DNA of 64,000 nt from Paludibacter sp. (GCA_028703105.1 JAQVNN010000001.1:1711-65710), one strand, 5' to 3'; shown: positions 1 through 10,571, counted from the first letter of the stretch. Program-made: numbers and translations. Notes: generated from the sequence alone by a model not told the origin.

Positions 1-428
1 CGTAGATAAGCAAAGGGGATAGACCCAAAAGCGTCCATGGCAACAACAACACCAAGCATGGCAATGTATTCCGGATTTGAAGAATAACCAAGCAAATCAG
101 CAATCGACTGTGCAAAAACAACACACAACAGAGCAAAAATCAGGGAAGTAAAACCGACAGAAATAATCGTATTACCATAAACTCTGGCAGCAATTTCGGG
201 ATGTTTGTTAGCAAAACGGAAAAATCCGGTCTCCATGCCGTAAGTCAGGATAACGAGCAGCAGCGCTGTCCATGCATATAAATTTGCCACCACCCCATAA
301 TCGGCTGAACCGGTAAGGACGTAGGTGTAAAGTGGCACCAACAACCAGTTTAAGAATTTTCCCAGGATACTGCTGATTCCGTAGATAGCGGTTTCCTTCG
401 CTAAATTTTGCATTTTTCGTTCTGCCAT
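1..428 (-). CDS. Polysaccharide/oligosaccharide flippase (Wzx/MurJ-like), 3' end runs off the window
   Basis: Translated by hand: MAERKMQNLAKETAIYGISSILGKFLNWLLVPLYTYVL..., the typical N-terminus of Bacteroidetes flippases; hydrophobic; open to position 1; absent from the ORF track. Confidence 0.8.
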   Translation of the reverse strand, partial: MAERKMQNLAKETAIYGISSILGKFLNWLLVPLYTYVLTGSADYGVVANLYAWTALLLVILTYGMETGFFRFANKHPEIAARVYGNTIISVGFTSLIFALLCVVFAQSIADLLGYSSNPEYIAMLGVVVAMDAFGSIPFAYL

Positions 429-453
429 GTTTTTCTTGCTAATTGATTATTGG

Positions 454-1185
454 TCAGGAGAAATTTCGTTGTTTTTTCAAATGCTCATACGCTTCATTTA
501 CAGCCCTGAACTTCTCAGTAGCCGATTTTTTAATATCATCACCCAGGTTTGCTACTTTATCAGGATGGTATTTCATGGCCATTCTGCGATATGCCTTCTT
601 AATGTCTTCGTTACTGGCTGATGTCTCAATTTCCAATGCCTTATAAGCCCAGTTTTCATCCACGTGTTTGATGTAGGGCGCTTTTAACGATTCAAACTCT
701 ACACTGCTGATGTTAAAAATGCCTGCAATGCGGCGGATGACCTGTAATTCGGGCGTGTTTACGTCCCCATCAGCATACGCGATGTCGAACAACAATCGAA
801 TCAGCTGTAATTTAGCGGAATAGTTCATATACAGGTTGATTTGTTGTGCTACTTCCACTTCGTTGATGGGTTGATCCAATAACTTTTTCAATATCTGAAG
901 TGCTTCCAAAGCTCCTTCTTCTTCAAAATTAGCAACGAGAAATCTTTTTACCACATCTAACTCTGCTTTTTGCACCCTGCCGTCGGCTTTCATAACGCAG
1001 GCAATCATCACCAGCAAACTGGCTTTGAAATCCCGTTCGGTGGTGCGTCTGGTGTGCGTTTGAGAGGTACTTGTTATTGTATTCTCACCAAACAATGAAC
1101 CCAGCGCAAAACCAATAATAGCACCGATCGGACCGCCGAAGGCCCAACCCAAACCGCCACCTATCCATTTAGCAAAATTTCCCAT
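454..1185 (-). CDS. djlA: DjlA-like co-chaperone (TerB + C-terminal J domain)
   Basis: Gly-rich TM start [18 protein letters not shown]; J domain with HPD motif (YHPDKV); start moved from 1272 to the ATG at 1185. Confidence 0.85.
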   Translation of the reverse strand: MGNFAKWIGGGLGWAFGGPIGAIIGFALGSLFGENTITSTSQTHTRRTTERDFKASLLVMIACVMKADGRVQKAELDVVKRFLVANFEEEGALEALQILKKLLDQPINEVEVAQQINLYMNYSAKLQLIRLLFDIAYADGDVNTPELQVIRRIAGIFNISSVEFESLKAPYIKHVDENWAYKALEIETSASNEDIKKAYRRMAMKYHPDKVANLGDDIKKSATEKFRAVNEAYEHLKKQRNFS

Positions 1186-1531
1186 AAAATAATTAACCTG
1201 TTTGACATAAAAATAACCTTTCCAGTTTTCTGTTATTCGCTGACTAATCGTCATTTTTCCACTAATACTCACTCATAGCCATTTTTTATTTTTTCAACTG
1301 AACGATACTCTCCTAACAAATACATGAGTTTTGTAGCATGGTTCCTGTGCTGTATCGCGATTTCTTCACGATGATGACGCTTTTTCGATGATTGCAACAT
1401 GCAAAGATAATTGAAAATTGTAAGCTGCCGGCTGAATAGGAACATAAATCAACTTTTTTAGCAAAATAGCGCTACATTTTATCCTGAAATCAATTTGTTA
1501 TGGTATTTTTGCAAATAATAAATATAAAGCA

Positions 1532-2029
1532 ATGCAACGGATTTTTCTGGTAGGATTTATGGGTTCAGGTAAAACCGCCATGGGTAAATTGCTCGCCAAG
1601 CGGCATGGACTCACATTTATCGATTTAGACAGCTATATTGAAAACAAATTCAGGCGAACTGTTGCCCGTATCTTTGCAGAAGATGGTGAAACCAGTTTCC
1701 GCGAAATAGAAAAAAACTGCCTGCATGAAGTTGCCGAATTTGAGGATGTGGTCATTGCTACGGGTGGTGGCGTTCCGTGTTTTTTTGATAATATGGATTT
1801 CATGAACCAACGTGGAGAAACCATTTACATCCGTCTTACACCGGAACATCTGGCAGAACGACTTTCTTCTTCAAGAGCAGGTGTACGTCCTTTGCTAAAG
1901 AACAAAACAGGCGATGAATTGCAGCAATACATTACCGAAACTCTGCAAAAAAGAGAGCCATATTATCTCCGGGCAAAGCGCATCATTGAGGGGACTGATG
2001 AGGAAATAGAGAGACAGATGACAAATTAA
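1532..2029 (+). CDS. aroK: Shikimate kinase
   Basis: GFMGSGKT P-loop, DLD, GGG and RP motifs. Confidence 0.93.
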   Translation: MQRIFLVGFMGSGKTAMGKLLAKRHGLTFIDLDSYIENKFRRTVARIFAEDGETSFREIEKNCLHEVAEFEDVVIATGGGVPCFFDNMDFMNQRGETIYIRLTPEHLAERLSSSRAGVRPLLKNKTGDELQQYITETLQKREPYYLRAKRIIEGTDEEIERQMTN

Positions 2030-2156
2030 ACATATCTCCGATTGTTGAAAACTTTCACTCCCGAATACCCCGTTTTCAATCAAAATTCCTTATCTTTAAC
2101 AGCCAAAATTTACTTTTTGCGCTGTTTTTTTAATCTCTTTTAATCCACATATTTAC

Positions 2157-5100
2157 ATGAAATCATTTGTTCATCTCCACGTGCATTCCTATTATTCAAT
2201 CCTGGACGGAATGTCGTCTATTCCCGGATTAGTTGAACGGGCAGCTGCCAGCGGGATGAATGCCATCGCGCTTACCGATCACGGGAATATGTTCGGTATC
2301 AAAGAATTTTACAACTACATAAAAAAGAGAAACAGCAAGGTTCACAGCGAAATTGCTCAGCTTAAAAAAGAGCTAAAGAATGATGAACTCTCTGATGAAC
2401 AGCGGTTAACTTTGTCAACCCAGTTGACAGATGCTGAAAAGAAACTTTTTAAACCAATTTTGGGTTGTGAAGCTTATGTAGCGCACCGGAGCCGGTTTTC
2501 AAAAGATAAAGACAATGTAGAAGACCGCAGCGGATACCACCTGGTACTGCTGGCGAAGAATAAAAAAGGATATCAAAACCTCTGCAAATTGGTTTCGCTG
2601 GGATGGATAGAAGGCTTTTATTATCGACCTCGTATCGACTATGAAATTCTGGAAAAATATAGTGAGGGTATTATTGCCTCTTCGGCTTGTCTGGGAGGTG
2701 AAATTCATAAAAAAGTAGAGAAAGGCGACCTTGCCGAAGCAGAGAAATCAGTACTTTGGTATAAAAAAGTATTTGGTGATGATTTTTACATTGAATTGCA
2801 ACTGCATCAGACGGATAAGCCGAATGCAGACACAACGGTTTATGAAAAACAAAAACGCCAGAATGTAGAATTGATCAATTTAGCACGAAAAACCAATACG
2901 AAAATTGTTGCTACCAACGATGTGCATTTTGTAGAAGAAGATCATGGTGAAGGACATGAGCGACTGATTTGCCTAAGTACAGGAAAAGATTTGGACGACC
3001 CCACCCGCATGCGCTATACAAAACAAGAGTATTTGAAAACGCCGGAGCAGATGTGGAAAATTTTCGACGATATACCGGAGGCGCTTGAAAATACAATCGA
3101 TATCGCCAATAAAATTGAGTTTTATGATATAGATTCTCCTCCGATGATGCCGGTGTTCCCGATTCCGGAGGATTTTGCTACCGAAGAAGCTTACCGGCAT
3201 CAATATAACGAGCCAATGCTTCGTGAAGAATTTGGTGATCGTTTTGATCGGTTGGGGGGATACGATAAAGTTATCCGGGTAAAGTTAGAAGCCGACTATC
3301 TGCGAAAACTTACCCTCGAAGGAGCGGCTCAGCGTTATGGTGAAGTCCTGGATGAAGAAATTGCTGAACGTCTCGATTTTGAATTGAATGTGATGAAAAC
3401 CATGGGTTTTCCGGGTTATTTTCTGATAGTACAGGATTTTATCAATGCAGCACGGGAAATGGGTGTGGCTGTTGGACCAGGACGAGGTTCTGCCGCCGGT
3501 TCCGTGGTTGCTTATTGCCTGCGCATTACCGATATCAACCCACTGAAATATGACTTGCTGTTCGAACGTTTTCTAAATCCCGATCGTATCTCCATGCCTG
3601 ATATTGATATCGACTTCGATGATGATGGTCGTGGTCAGGTGTTGCGTTGGGTAAAGGAAAAATACGGAAAAGAAAGGGTTGCACATATTATTACGTATGG
3701 AACGATGGCCACAAAATCGTCGATTAAAGATGTGGCGCGCGTACAGAAACTCCCATTAGCGGAAGCAGAACGGCTGACAAAGCTGATACCTGATAAACTG
3801 CCGGATGATGTAAGTGGGAAGGCGTTGAAAGTGAATATCTCGAATTGCGTGAAGTTCGTTCCCGAGCTACAATCGGCTCGTAATTCGTATGATCAGAACT
3901 TATCGAGTACCCTTAAATACGCTGAGATGCTTGAGGGTACCGTTCGTCAGACCGGAGTTCATGCCTGCGGAGTGATTATCGGATCCGACGACCTTAAAAA
4001 TCTGGTACCTTTAAGTACGGCAATTGATAAAGAAACCAACGAAGAAATACTGGTTACCCAGTTCGAAGGATCTGTGATTGAAGAAATTGGTCTTATCAAG
4101 ATGGACTTTCTCGGACTGAAAACACTCTCTATTATCAAAGAGGCGCTATCGAATATAAAAAAGACCCATGACATAGACATCAATATTGATGCTATTCCGA
4201 TTGATGATAAAAAAACCTATGAGCTTTTCAGCAAAGGACTTACAGTAGGGACATTCCAGTTTGAGTCGCATGGGATGCAAAAATACCTGAAGGAACTGCA
4301 ACCTACACAGTTTGAAGATCTTATCGCGATGAATGCGTTGTATCGCCCCGGGCCGATGCAGTATATCCCTCAGTTTATCAATCGTAAGCAAGGACGCGAA
4401 AAAATTGAATACCATTTCCCGATAATGGAACACAGGTTAAAAGACACTTATGGCATCACAGTTTATCAGGAACAGGTCATGTTACTAAGTCGTGATTTGG
4501 CCGGGTTTACCCGTGGTCAGTCGGATGAGTTGCGTAAAGCCATGGGGAAAAAGCTCATCGATAAAATGGCTGCCTTGAAAGTCAAGTTTATGGAGGGCTG
4601 CAAAAAAAACGGATTTGGTCCCGATGAAAAATTGGAACAAATCTGGGCAGACTGGGCAGAATTTGCCAAATACGCTTTCAATAAATCTCACGCTACCTGT
4701 TATTCCTGGATTGCTTATCAGACGGCTTACCTGAAAGCGCATTATCCGGCTGAATTTATGGCGGCGAACTTAACCCGAAATAAGGATGATATTGCTGAAG
4801 TCGGCAAGTTCATGGATGAATGCCGTAACCTGGGGATGAATGTGCTTGGACCGGATGTCAATGAAAGTGATTTGACGTTTACCGTAAACGACGAAGGGAA
4901 TATCCGTTTTGGTCTGGGAGGCATCAAAGGGGTGGGGGAAGGAGCTGTGGAAACTATCGTGGATGAAAGAAAGAAAAATGGTAAGTTTAAAGGAATTTTT
5001 GATTTTATTGAAAGGGTTAACCTGACTTCCTGTAACAAAAAAGCCATAGAAAGTCTTGTGCTTGCGGGTGCCTTCGACGGATTTCCAGAGATTAAAAGAG

Positions 5101-5954
5101 AACAGTTCTTTGTTGAAAACAACAAAGGAGAAATAGTTATTGAAAGCATCATCCGCTATGGGAATAAATTTCAGACAGATCTTGCAATGAGCCAAAATTC
5201 GCTTTTTGGCGGTTTTGATACCATTGAAATAACCAAACCTGAAATTCCGTACGCGCACGACTGGTCGCCACTTGAAAAACTAAACAAAGAACGGGAATAT
5301 ATTGGTATGTATCTTTCGGCGCATCCCCTGGATGATTACGAATTTGAGATAAATTATGTTTGCAATACCAAAACGTCGGAATTAAAGGAGTTGATGCCGC
5401 TGATGGGAAAACAGCTTCGGATTGGAGGAATGGTGACTGCTATCCGGCACGGAACCTCAAAGGCCGGAAATCCTTATGGAGTGTTTACGTTGGAGGATTA
5501 CGATGGCGCTTTTGAGTTTGCTTTGTTTGGGAATAATTACATCGAGTTTAGCAAATACATGATCAAGGATTTGTATCTGCTCATTTATGCTACGGTGCAG
5601 GAAAAGGGCGCTGATTATAAATTTAAAAAACCTTCAAATCCGAACGACCCGGTTGTTCCGGAGATAAAGATTCAGAAGATTGAAGTCCTGAATGATGTTA
5701 AAGATAAGTTGGTTGATACCCTTACGGTGACACTTCCTCTTGAGCAGCTGGATGAAGAATTTGTCACGGATATGACTGATATGGTTCTTCAGAACAAGGG
5801 AAGTGTTAATGTGTATTTTAATGTTGTCGATTTACTCACGCAGAACAAAATCAAACTTTTTGCCCGCCAGTGCCGGGTGAAAATGAATAAGGATTTCTAC
5901 AAAATGCTGAAGAGGTATAAAGATGATGGCCGGATTGATTTCCAGGTAACATGA
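2157..5954 (+). CDS. dnaE: DNA polymerase III alpha subunit
   Basis: PHP domain (HLHVHS, ALTDHG), GPGRGSAAGS, MPDIDIDFD, YAFNKSHA, C-terminal OB fold. Confidence 0.98.
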   Translation: MKSFVHLHVHSYYSILDGMSSIPGLVERAAASGMNAIALTDHGNMFGIKEFYNYIKKRNSKVHSEIAQLKKELKNDELSDEQRLTLSTQLTDAEKKLFKPILGCEAYVAHRSRFSKDKDNVEDRSGYHLVLLAKNKKGYQNLCKLVSLGWIEGFYYRPRIDYEILEKYSEGIIASSACLGGEIHKKVEKGDLAEAEKSVLWYKKVFGDDFYIELQLHQTDKPNADTTVYEKQKRQNVELINLARKTNTKIVATNDVHFVEEDHGEGHERLICLSTGKDLDDPTRMRYTKQEYLKTPEQMWKIFDDIPEALENTIDIANKIEFYDIDSPPMMPVFPIPEDFATEEAYRHQYNEPMLREEFGDRFDRLGGYDKVIRVKLEADYLRKLTLEGAAQRYGEVLDEEIAERLDFELNVMKTMGFPGYFLIVQDFINAAREMGVAVGPGRGSAAGSVVAYCLRITDINPLKYDLLFERFLNPDRISMPDIDIDFDDDGRGQVLRWVKEKYGKERVAHIITYGTMATKSSIKDVARVQKLPLAEAERLTKLIPDKLPDDVSGKALKVNISNCVKFVPELQSARNSYDQNLSSTLKYAEMLEGTVRQTGVHACGVIIGSDDLKNLVPLSTAIDKETNEEILVTQFEGSVIEEIGLIKMDFLGLKTLSIIKEALSNIKKTHDIDINIDAIPIDDKKTYELFSKGLTVGTFQFESHGMQKYLKELQPTQFEDLIAMNALYRPGPMQYIPQFINRKQGREKIEYHFPIMEHRLKDTYGITVYQEQVMLLSRDLAGFTRGQSDELRKAMGKKLIDKMAALKVKFMEGCKKNGFGPDEKLEQIWADWAEFAKYAFNKSHATCYSWIAYQTAYLKAHYPAEFMAANLTRNKDDIAEVGKFMDECRNLGMNVLGPDVNESDLTFTVNDEGNIRFGLGGIKGVGEGAVETIVDERKKNGKFKGIFDFIERVNLTSCNKKAIESLVLAGAFDGFPEIKREQFFVENNKGEIVIESIIRYGNKFQTDLAMSQNSLFGGFDTIEITKPEIPYAHDWSPLEKLNKEREYIGMYLSAHPLDDYEFEINYVCNTKTSELKELMPLMGKQLRIGGMVTAIRHGTSKAGNPYGVFTLEDYDGAFEFALFGNNYIEFSKYMIKDLYLLIYATVQEKGADYKFKKPSNPNDPVVPEIKIQKIEVLNDVKDKLVDTLTVTLPLEQLDEEFVTDMTDMVLQNKGSVNVYFNVVDLLTQNKIKLFARQCRVKMNKDFYKMLKRYKDDGRIDFQVT

Positions 5955-6092
5955 AAAGAAATAGACAGGATAGATAATTTCAATATGTCTATTAGGCAAT
6001 TCAATGTGTTTTTATTTTCTGAATAAGATAATTTAAATTAGTTTTGCAACACAAAAATAACTATTAATATTAAACAGTTTAAATAAATTTGT

Positions 6093-6407
6093 ATGGCGTT
6101 AGAATTTACAGACGATAACATCAAAGATGTAATCAATAGTGGTAAGCCTGTTGTAATTGATTTCTGGGCAGAGTGGTGCGGTCCTTGCCGTATGGTTGGA
6201 CCAAGTATCGAAGAACTTTCAAAAGAGTTTGAAGGTCAGGTTCAAATTGGTAAATTAAATGTGGACGACAATGTCGATACTCCGAATGAGTACGGCATCC
6301 GCAACATCCCAACCATCTTGTTTATCAAAAACGGACAGGTAGTTGACAAACAAATCGGCGCTGCACCGAAAGCTGTTTTGGAAGCCAAAGTAAAGGCGCT
6401 TTTATAA
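6093..6407 (+). CDS. trxA: Thioredoxin
   Basis: WCGPC active site; TAGTTTTG -7 box at 6039-6046. Confidence 0.97.
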   Translation: MALEFTDDNIKDVINSGKPVVIDFWAEWCGPCRMVGPSIEELSKEFEGQVQIGKLNVDDNVDTPNEYGIRNIPTILFIKNGQVVDKQIGAAPKAVLEAKVKALL

Positions 6408-7118
6408 TTTCAGGTAGAAATCTTTCGCAAGAGTGGTAAAGGCAGTTGAATACTGATGCCTTTCTTCTGTTTCAATTTCGATAGATGAAATATCAGTTAT
6501 CCGGGTAACAAACCCCAATTCAAGCAATACTCGTTTTGCTTCGCTATCTGGTTTTGGATGAACATAAATACACTGATAACAGCATAAACCGAATTTTTTG
6601 GCATACTTCACACATTGCAGACCTTCGGTTACGGGAAGAATGATACAAATTCTTCCCGTTTTTTTTAATAAACCAGAAGCATCTTTTAATAAATCTTCGT
6701 GTGTCAGCGTATCTGTATGTCGTGCCTTTGTCCTGGCTTTGTCAGGCGCTTTCAGCGAAGAAATAAAAAACGGTGGATTGGATACAATCAGATCGTATTT
6801 CTCGGATGACCTTTCAGCAAAAGTTTCGAGAGATTGATGAAAAACTGAAATACGGTTCTTCCATTTTGAAGAAGTAATGTTTATCTCAGCCTGCCTGACT
6901 GCACCTTCGTCAATATCAATCGCATCAATCTTGGCTGTTGAACGTTGTGCCAGCATCAGTGCAATGAGCCCGCTTCCTGTTCCTATGTCCAGTATCTTTT
7001 CTGTTGAAGCATCTAAAGGGCTCCAGGCTCCCAACAATACGCCATCCATGCCGACTTTCATCGCGCACAGGTTGTGATAAACCTTGAATTTTTTGAATTG
7101 AAAATACGGATTCGACAT
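6402..7118 (-). CDS. trmN6: tRNA1(Val) (adenine37-N6)-methyltransferase
   Basis: MKVGMDGVLLGAW, LDIGTGSG SAM motif, NPPF motif IV. Confidence 0.88.
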   Translation of the reverse strand: MSNPYFQFKKFKVYHNLCAMKVGMDGVLLGAWSPLDASTEKILDIGTGSGLIALMLAQRSTAKIDAIDIDEGAVRQAEINITSSKWKNRISVFHQSLETFAERSSEKYDLIVSNPPFFISSLKAPDKARTKARHTDTLTHEDLLKDASGLLKKTGRICIILPVTEGLQCVKYAKKFGLCCYQCIYVHPKPDSEAKRVLLELGFVTRITDISSIEIETEERHQYSTAFTTLAKDFYLKL

Positions 7119-7120
7119 GG

Positions 7121-7795
7121 TTATCTTCTTGCCGGTCTGTCATTGCCTGATGAGTGATTTGATCGGGCGGGTGTTGACTCCGAATTGCGGTGGTGTTCCT
7201 GCGAAGGAGCGGGTCTTGCTTGTGGTGTTGTTCTCCTCTGGTGTACATCAATTTTATCGGAAGGAGAAGCCTGGCGAGGAACAACTATTCTTTGTTCAGG
7301 ATATGAGTTTCTTTGCGGGACAGATTGTATGCGTCTGTTGTCAGATGGAGCTATCGTTCGTCTTTGATCCGGGTCAATACGTCGCTGTTCAGACGAAGAT
7401 GCTCTTTCCTGGGCAGGATTATTCCGTTGTTGCGGTTCCGGTCGGGAAAACTGTGAGCTTCCGGAAGGATATCGTTCGTAACGTTTGTCCTGTAAACGGA
7501 TATACTGTTCGCGTGTCAACACTTCGCGGACTTCAGCATCTTTATTCTTGACCCTTTCAAGTGCTTCACTTCTGGATTTTGATACCTGACGTTCGCGTGC
7601 ATGTTTCAGGTTGATGTCGTAAATTGCCCGCGATTGTTCCCGGTTGAGATCAAGCTCCTGTTGCATTTTCCGGGTTTGCAGTGCAGCTTCCTGCTCCGGT
7701 GTACGGGAAGGAGCAGTAGCGTTTTCCTGTGTTGAATTATTTGAACTCAAATGAAGACAGGAAAACAGGAAGATGAACAAATAAATAAACCTCAT
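7121..7795 (-). CDS. Secreted helical protein (DUF4890/Spy-CpxP-like N-terminal half) with R/Q/S/P-rich disordered tail
   Basis: Signal peptide MRFIYLFIFLFSCLHLSS; helical segments MQQELDLNREQ and VREVLTREQY; low-complexity C-terminal half. Confidence 0.55.
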   Translation of the reverse strand: MRFIYLFIFLFSCLHLSSNNSTQENATAPSRTPEQEAALQTRKMQQELDLNREQSRAIYDINLKHARERQVSKSRSEALERVKNKDAEVREVLTREQYIRLQDKRYERYPSGSSQFSRPEPQQRNNPAQERASSSEQRRIDPDQRRTIAPSDNRRIQSVPQRNSYPEQRIVVPRQASPSDKIDVHQRRTTPQARPAPSQEHHRNSESTPARSNHSSGNDRPARR

Positions 7796-7876
7796 TTGAA
7801 AATATAATAAAAATGCAGCATTAAAATGCTTCAATCTTTGTGCCAAAAAGCTTTAAATCAAATTTAATCAAAACAA

Positions 7877-8644
7877 TTATTTATGAAAACTTCTGAGTTT
7901 GATGTTGGTCAGTACTTTTTTGGTATGTTCAGAAAAATCACCATTCAACATCCATCCATAATAACCGGTATCCGTTTTTAGCACATCTTCTACTTTCTGA
8001 CCCTTATATTTTCCAAAATTAAATACTTCTTCTCCTTTCTCATTGTAAACAAATTTTCCTGCAAAGTCCACATTGTTTGATTGTGTAGTGTATTTTGCCA
8101 ATAATTCGACATCATTCGGCAGGTCATTGTAATGATCGAGTTGTGACTGCAAAATCTCATAGGTAGCCATGGTATCCACCGAAGCATCATGTGCCCCGTC
8201 TAAATCTTTGTCACAATAAAACTTATATGCAGCAGAGAGGGTACGTTGTTCTTTTTTATGGAAAATCACCTGTACATCAATAAATTTTCTTTTTGAAAAA
8301 TCAATGTCGGCATTAGCACGCAACAATTCTTCCGCGAGCATGGGGATGTCAAACCGGTTTGAGTTATAACCTGCCAGGTCGCAACCTTCAAAATCCCTGA
8401 CAATTTCGCCCGCAACTTCCTTGAAAGTCGGACAACCAGCAACAGCTTCATTTGTAATCTTGTGAATAGCTGTTGATTCGGGAGGGATAGGTATCCCGGG
8501 ATTAATCAGAAAACACTTCGATTCTTCTTTTCCGTTGGGATAAACCTTGTGATAAGCAATCTGCACAATACGGTCAGTAACAATATTAATCCCGGTGGTT
8601 TCAAGATCAAAAAAAATCAGGGGGTTCTTTAGATTGAGTTTCAT
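7877..8644 (-). CDS. dnaQ: DEDDh 3'-5' exonuclease (DnaQ/Pol III epsilon-like)
   Basis: FFDLETTG (ExoI), YNSNRFD (ExoII), AHDASVD (ExoIII); directly downstream of dnaN. Confidence 0.88.
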   Translation of the reverse strand: MKLNLKNPLIFFDLETTGINIVTDRIVQIAYHKVYPNGKEESKCFLINPGIPIPPESTAIHKITNEAVAGCPTFKEVAGEIVRDFEGCDLAGYNSNRFDIPMLAEELLRANADIDFSKRKFIDVQVIFHKKEQRTLSAAYKFYCDKDLDGAHDASVDTMATYEILQSQLDHYNDLPNDVELLAKYTTQSNNVDFAGKFVYNEKGEEVFNFGKYKGQKVEDVLKTDTGYYGWMLNGDFSEHTKKVLTNIKLRSFHK

Positions 8645-8657
8645 GTTATTAGTGTTG

Positions 8658-8697
8658 AAAAGAAAAGCAGAAGAACCGGATGATTCAGTTCCCCTGC
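8658..8697 (-). terminator. Intrinsic terminator between dnaN and the exonuclease gene
   Basis: Minus strand GCAGGGGAACTG-loop-CGGTTCTTCTGC (12 pairs incl. G-U) followed by TTTTCTTTT. Confidence 0.6.
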
Positions 8698-8720
8698 CCA
8701 GAGTGTAATTAATTTAATTA

Positions 8721-9860
8721 TCAGTCGTTTAGAAGCATTGGCATCAAGAGCATCAGAATATCTTCGTTTTCTTCATTTTCGAAAGGAAGGATAATTCCTG
8801 CACGAGAAGGATCCGTTAATTCGATCACCACCTCATTAGAAGTGATATTGCTAAGAATTTCAATTAAGAAAGCAGATTTGAATCCGATCTTGATAGGGTC
8901 TTCAGCATACTGACAATTGATGGTTTCTTCGGCAGAGATAGAAAAATCTATGTCTTGGGCTGAAATAAATATTTGATTTTCAGTTATCTGTAATTTAATG
9001 AGATTGCTTGCCTGGTTGGAGAATACCGAAACGCGTTTTAATGCATTGAGTAAGGTAATTCGGTCAACAATAATTTTGTATGGATTTTCTTTCGGAATTA
9101 CCCCATTATAATTGGGGTATCTGCCTTCTACCTGCCGGCAAATCATGGTATAATTAGACAGTTTGAAATACGCGTTTTTGTTGTCGAATTTCACTTCCAC
9201 ATCGCCACTTTCTTTTGGGAGGATATTTTTTAGCATGTTAGCCGGTTTTTTCGGTAAAATAAAACTGGCTTTATCTTCTTCTTCCGATAAATTAACGTTT
9301 GAATAAGAGGTTTTGTAGCGAACTAATTTATGTGCATCTGTAGCGACTAATGTTAAACCATCCTTCAGAATATCAAAATAAATTCCGTTCATAACCGGAC
9401 GCAATTCATCATCGGCAGTGCAAAACAATGTTTTAGAGATTCCTGAAGATAAAGTACTCACCGCCAGGTTCATCACCTTAGTGTCGGGTTGCAATTCAGG
9501 TAAGCGGGGATATTCATCGCCATTTTGTCCGATAAAATTATACGTTCCATTCGCGGAAGTAATAACCATGGCTAAGTTCGAATCATTGATCTGGAAATTC
9601 AGCGGTTGGTCCGAGAATTCGCGCAAAGTATCAAGCAACAAGCGAGATGATACTGCAACTTTACCCGAACCTTCTACTTCTTCTACCTCCATGGAAGTAA
9701 TCAGCGTAGTCTCCGTATCGGAAGCTGTCATGGTGAGTTGCTGTCCTTCCAGGCTAAACAGGAAATTATCCAGAATCTGTAATGAATTTTTGCTGTTGAT
9801 TACACGACTGATAGCCTGCAGGTGACTCAGCAATATTGTACTGGATGCTTTGAATTTCAT
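8721..9860 (-). CDS. dnaN: DNA polymerase III beta sliding clamp
   Basis: RPVMNG, VATDAHKLV, GRYPNY, LLMPM C-terminus; TACATTTG box on minus strand at 9899-9906. Confidence 0.97.
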   Translation of the reverse strand: MKFKASSTILLSHLQAISRVINSKNSLQILDNFLFSLEGQQLTMTASDTETTLITSMEVEEVEGSGKVAVSSRLLLDTLREFSDQPLNFQINDSNLAMVITSANGTYNFIGQNGDEYPRLPELQPDTKVMNLAVSTLSSGISKTLFCTADDELRPVMNGIYFDILKDGLTLVATDAHKLVRYKTSYSNVNLSEEEDKASFILPKKPANMLKNILPKESGDVEVKFDNKNAYFKLSNYTMICRQVEGRYPNYNGVIPKENPYKIIVDRITLLNALKRVSVFSNQASNLIKLQITENQIFISAQDIDFSISAEETINCQYAEDPIKIGFKSAFLIEILSNITSNEVVIELTDPSRAGIILPFENEENEDILMLLMPMLLND

Positions 9861-9936
9861 ACGATATGAATGTTTATCTGGTTATTTTAATAATGAAGCA
9901 AATGTAAGGAATTTTTTTTAAATATAAAAAATGTAT

Positions 9937-9962
9937 TACTTTTGTTTCGGGAAAATACGAAA
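9937..9962 (+). promoter_or_regulatory. arsR promoter -7 box (TACTTTTG) plus candidate ArsR operator TTTCG-N8-CGAAA
   Basis: TACTTTTG 9937-9944 immediately followed by TTTCGGGAAAATACGAAA 9945-9962. Confidence 0.65.
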
Positions 9963-9971
9963 TGAATTTAC

Positions 9972-10280
9972 ATGCATGCAAATAAAAAATATTATACAGA
10001 AAATCAGGAAAAGTTAGCGCGTTATTCGAAAGCATTATCCAATCCGGTACGTGTATTTATCATGGACTTCCTGGCTAACAACCTCGATAAATGTTGCTAT
10101 AGTGGTGATATGGCCGAAGAGCTCCCCATTGCCCGGTCAACCTTGTCGGAACATTTAAAAGAATTGAAAAAAGCCGGATTAATCCAGGGAGAAATCAATC
10201 CCCCCTACATCAAATACTGTATTAACAGGGCAAACTGGGAGGAAGCAAAGTTATTATACGCTCATTTTTTCAAGAGGTAA
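9972..10280 (+). CDS. arsR: ArsR/SmtB family metalloregulator
   Basis: KALSNPVR, vicinal CC, STLSEHLKELKKAGLI winged HTH. Confidence 0.88.
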   Translation: MHANKKYYTENQEKLARYSKALSNPVRVFIMDFLANNLDKCCYSGDMAEELPIARSTLSEHLKELKKAGLIQGEINPPYIKYCINRANWEEAKLLYAHFFKR

Positions 10281-10297
10281 AAAATTTTAACCTGGTA

Positions 10298-10315
10298 TTT
10301 TGGGTTTTTACGAAA
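10298..10315 (+). promoter_or_regulatory. Candidate ArsR operator copy 2
   Basis: TTTTG-GGTTTTTA-CGAAA, one mismatch to the palindrome, upstream of the small thioredoxin gene. Confidence 0.45.
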
Positions 10316-10334
10316 TAATTTAAAATAACACATC

Positions 10335-10571
10335 ATGGAAATTAAAATCTTAGGGACAGGTTGTCCAAAATGCAAAACGCTCGAAAAAATGACGAGGGAA
10401 GTAGTAGAACAAAACGGTTTCAACGCTACCATTACCAAAGTTGAAGACATCATGGACATCATGAAGTATAATATTTTATCCACACCTGCATTGGTTGTGA
10501 ATGAAAAAGTGGAAATTAAGGGACGAGTTCCTTCTGCAGAAGAAATTAAACAAGTATTATCAAAATATTAA
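10335..10571 (+). CDS. Small thioredoxin-family redox protein (MTH895-like)
   Basis: IKILGTGCPKC, TPALVVNE cis-Pro loop, 78 aa. Confidence 0.88.
   Translation: MEIKILGTGCPKCKTLEKMTREVVEQNGFNATITKVEDIMDIMKYNILSTPALVVNEKVEIKGRVPSAEEIKQVLSKY

Noticed and set aside
1272-1410. Short ORF-like stretch upstream of djlA and the longer upstream starts given by the ORF track for djlA, trmD, dacB, galK, uvrA and rsmA
   Set aside because: Extensions run through promoter boxes or precede the conserved N-termini; treated as 5' UTR
2157-5954. Intein or unusual insertion in dnaE (extra helical segments near residues 55-100 and 335-375)
   Set aside because: No Cys/Ser-start, His-Asn-end splice motifs or LAGLIDADG motifs; such insertions appear to be ordinary Bacteroidales DnaE features
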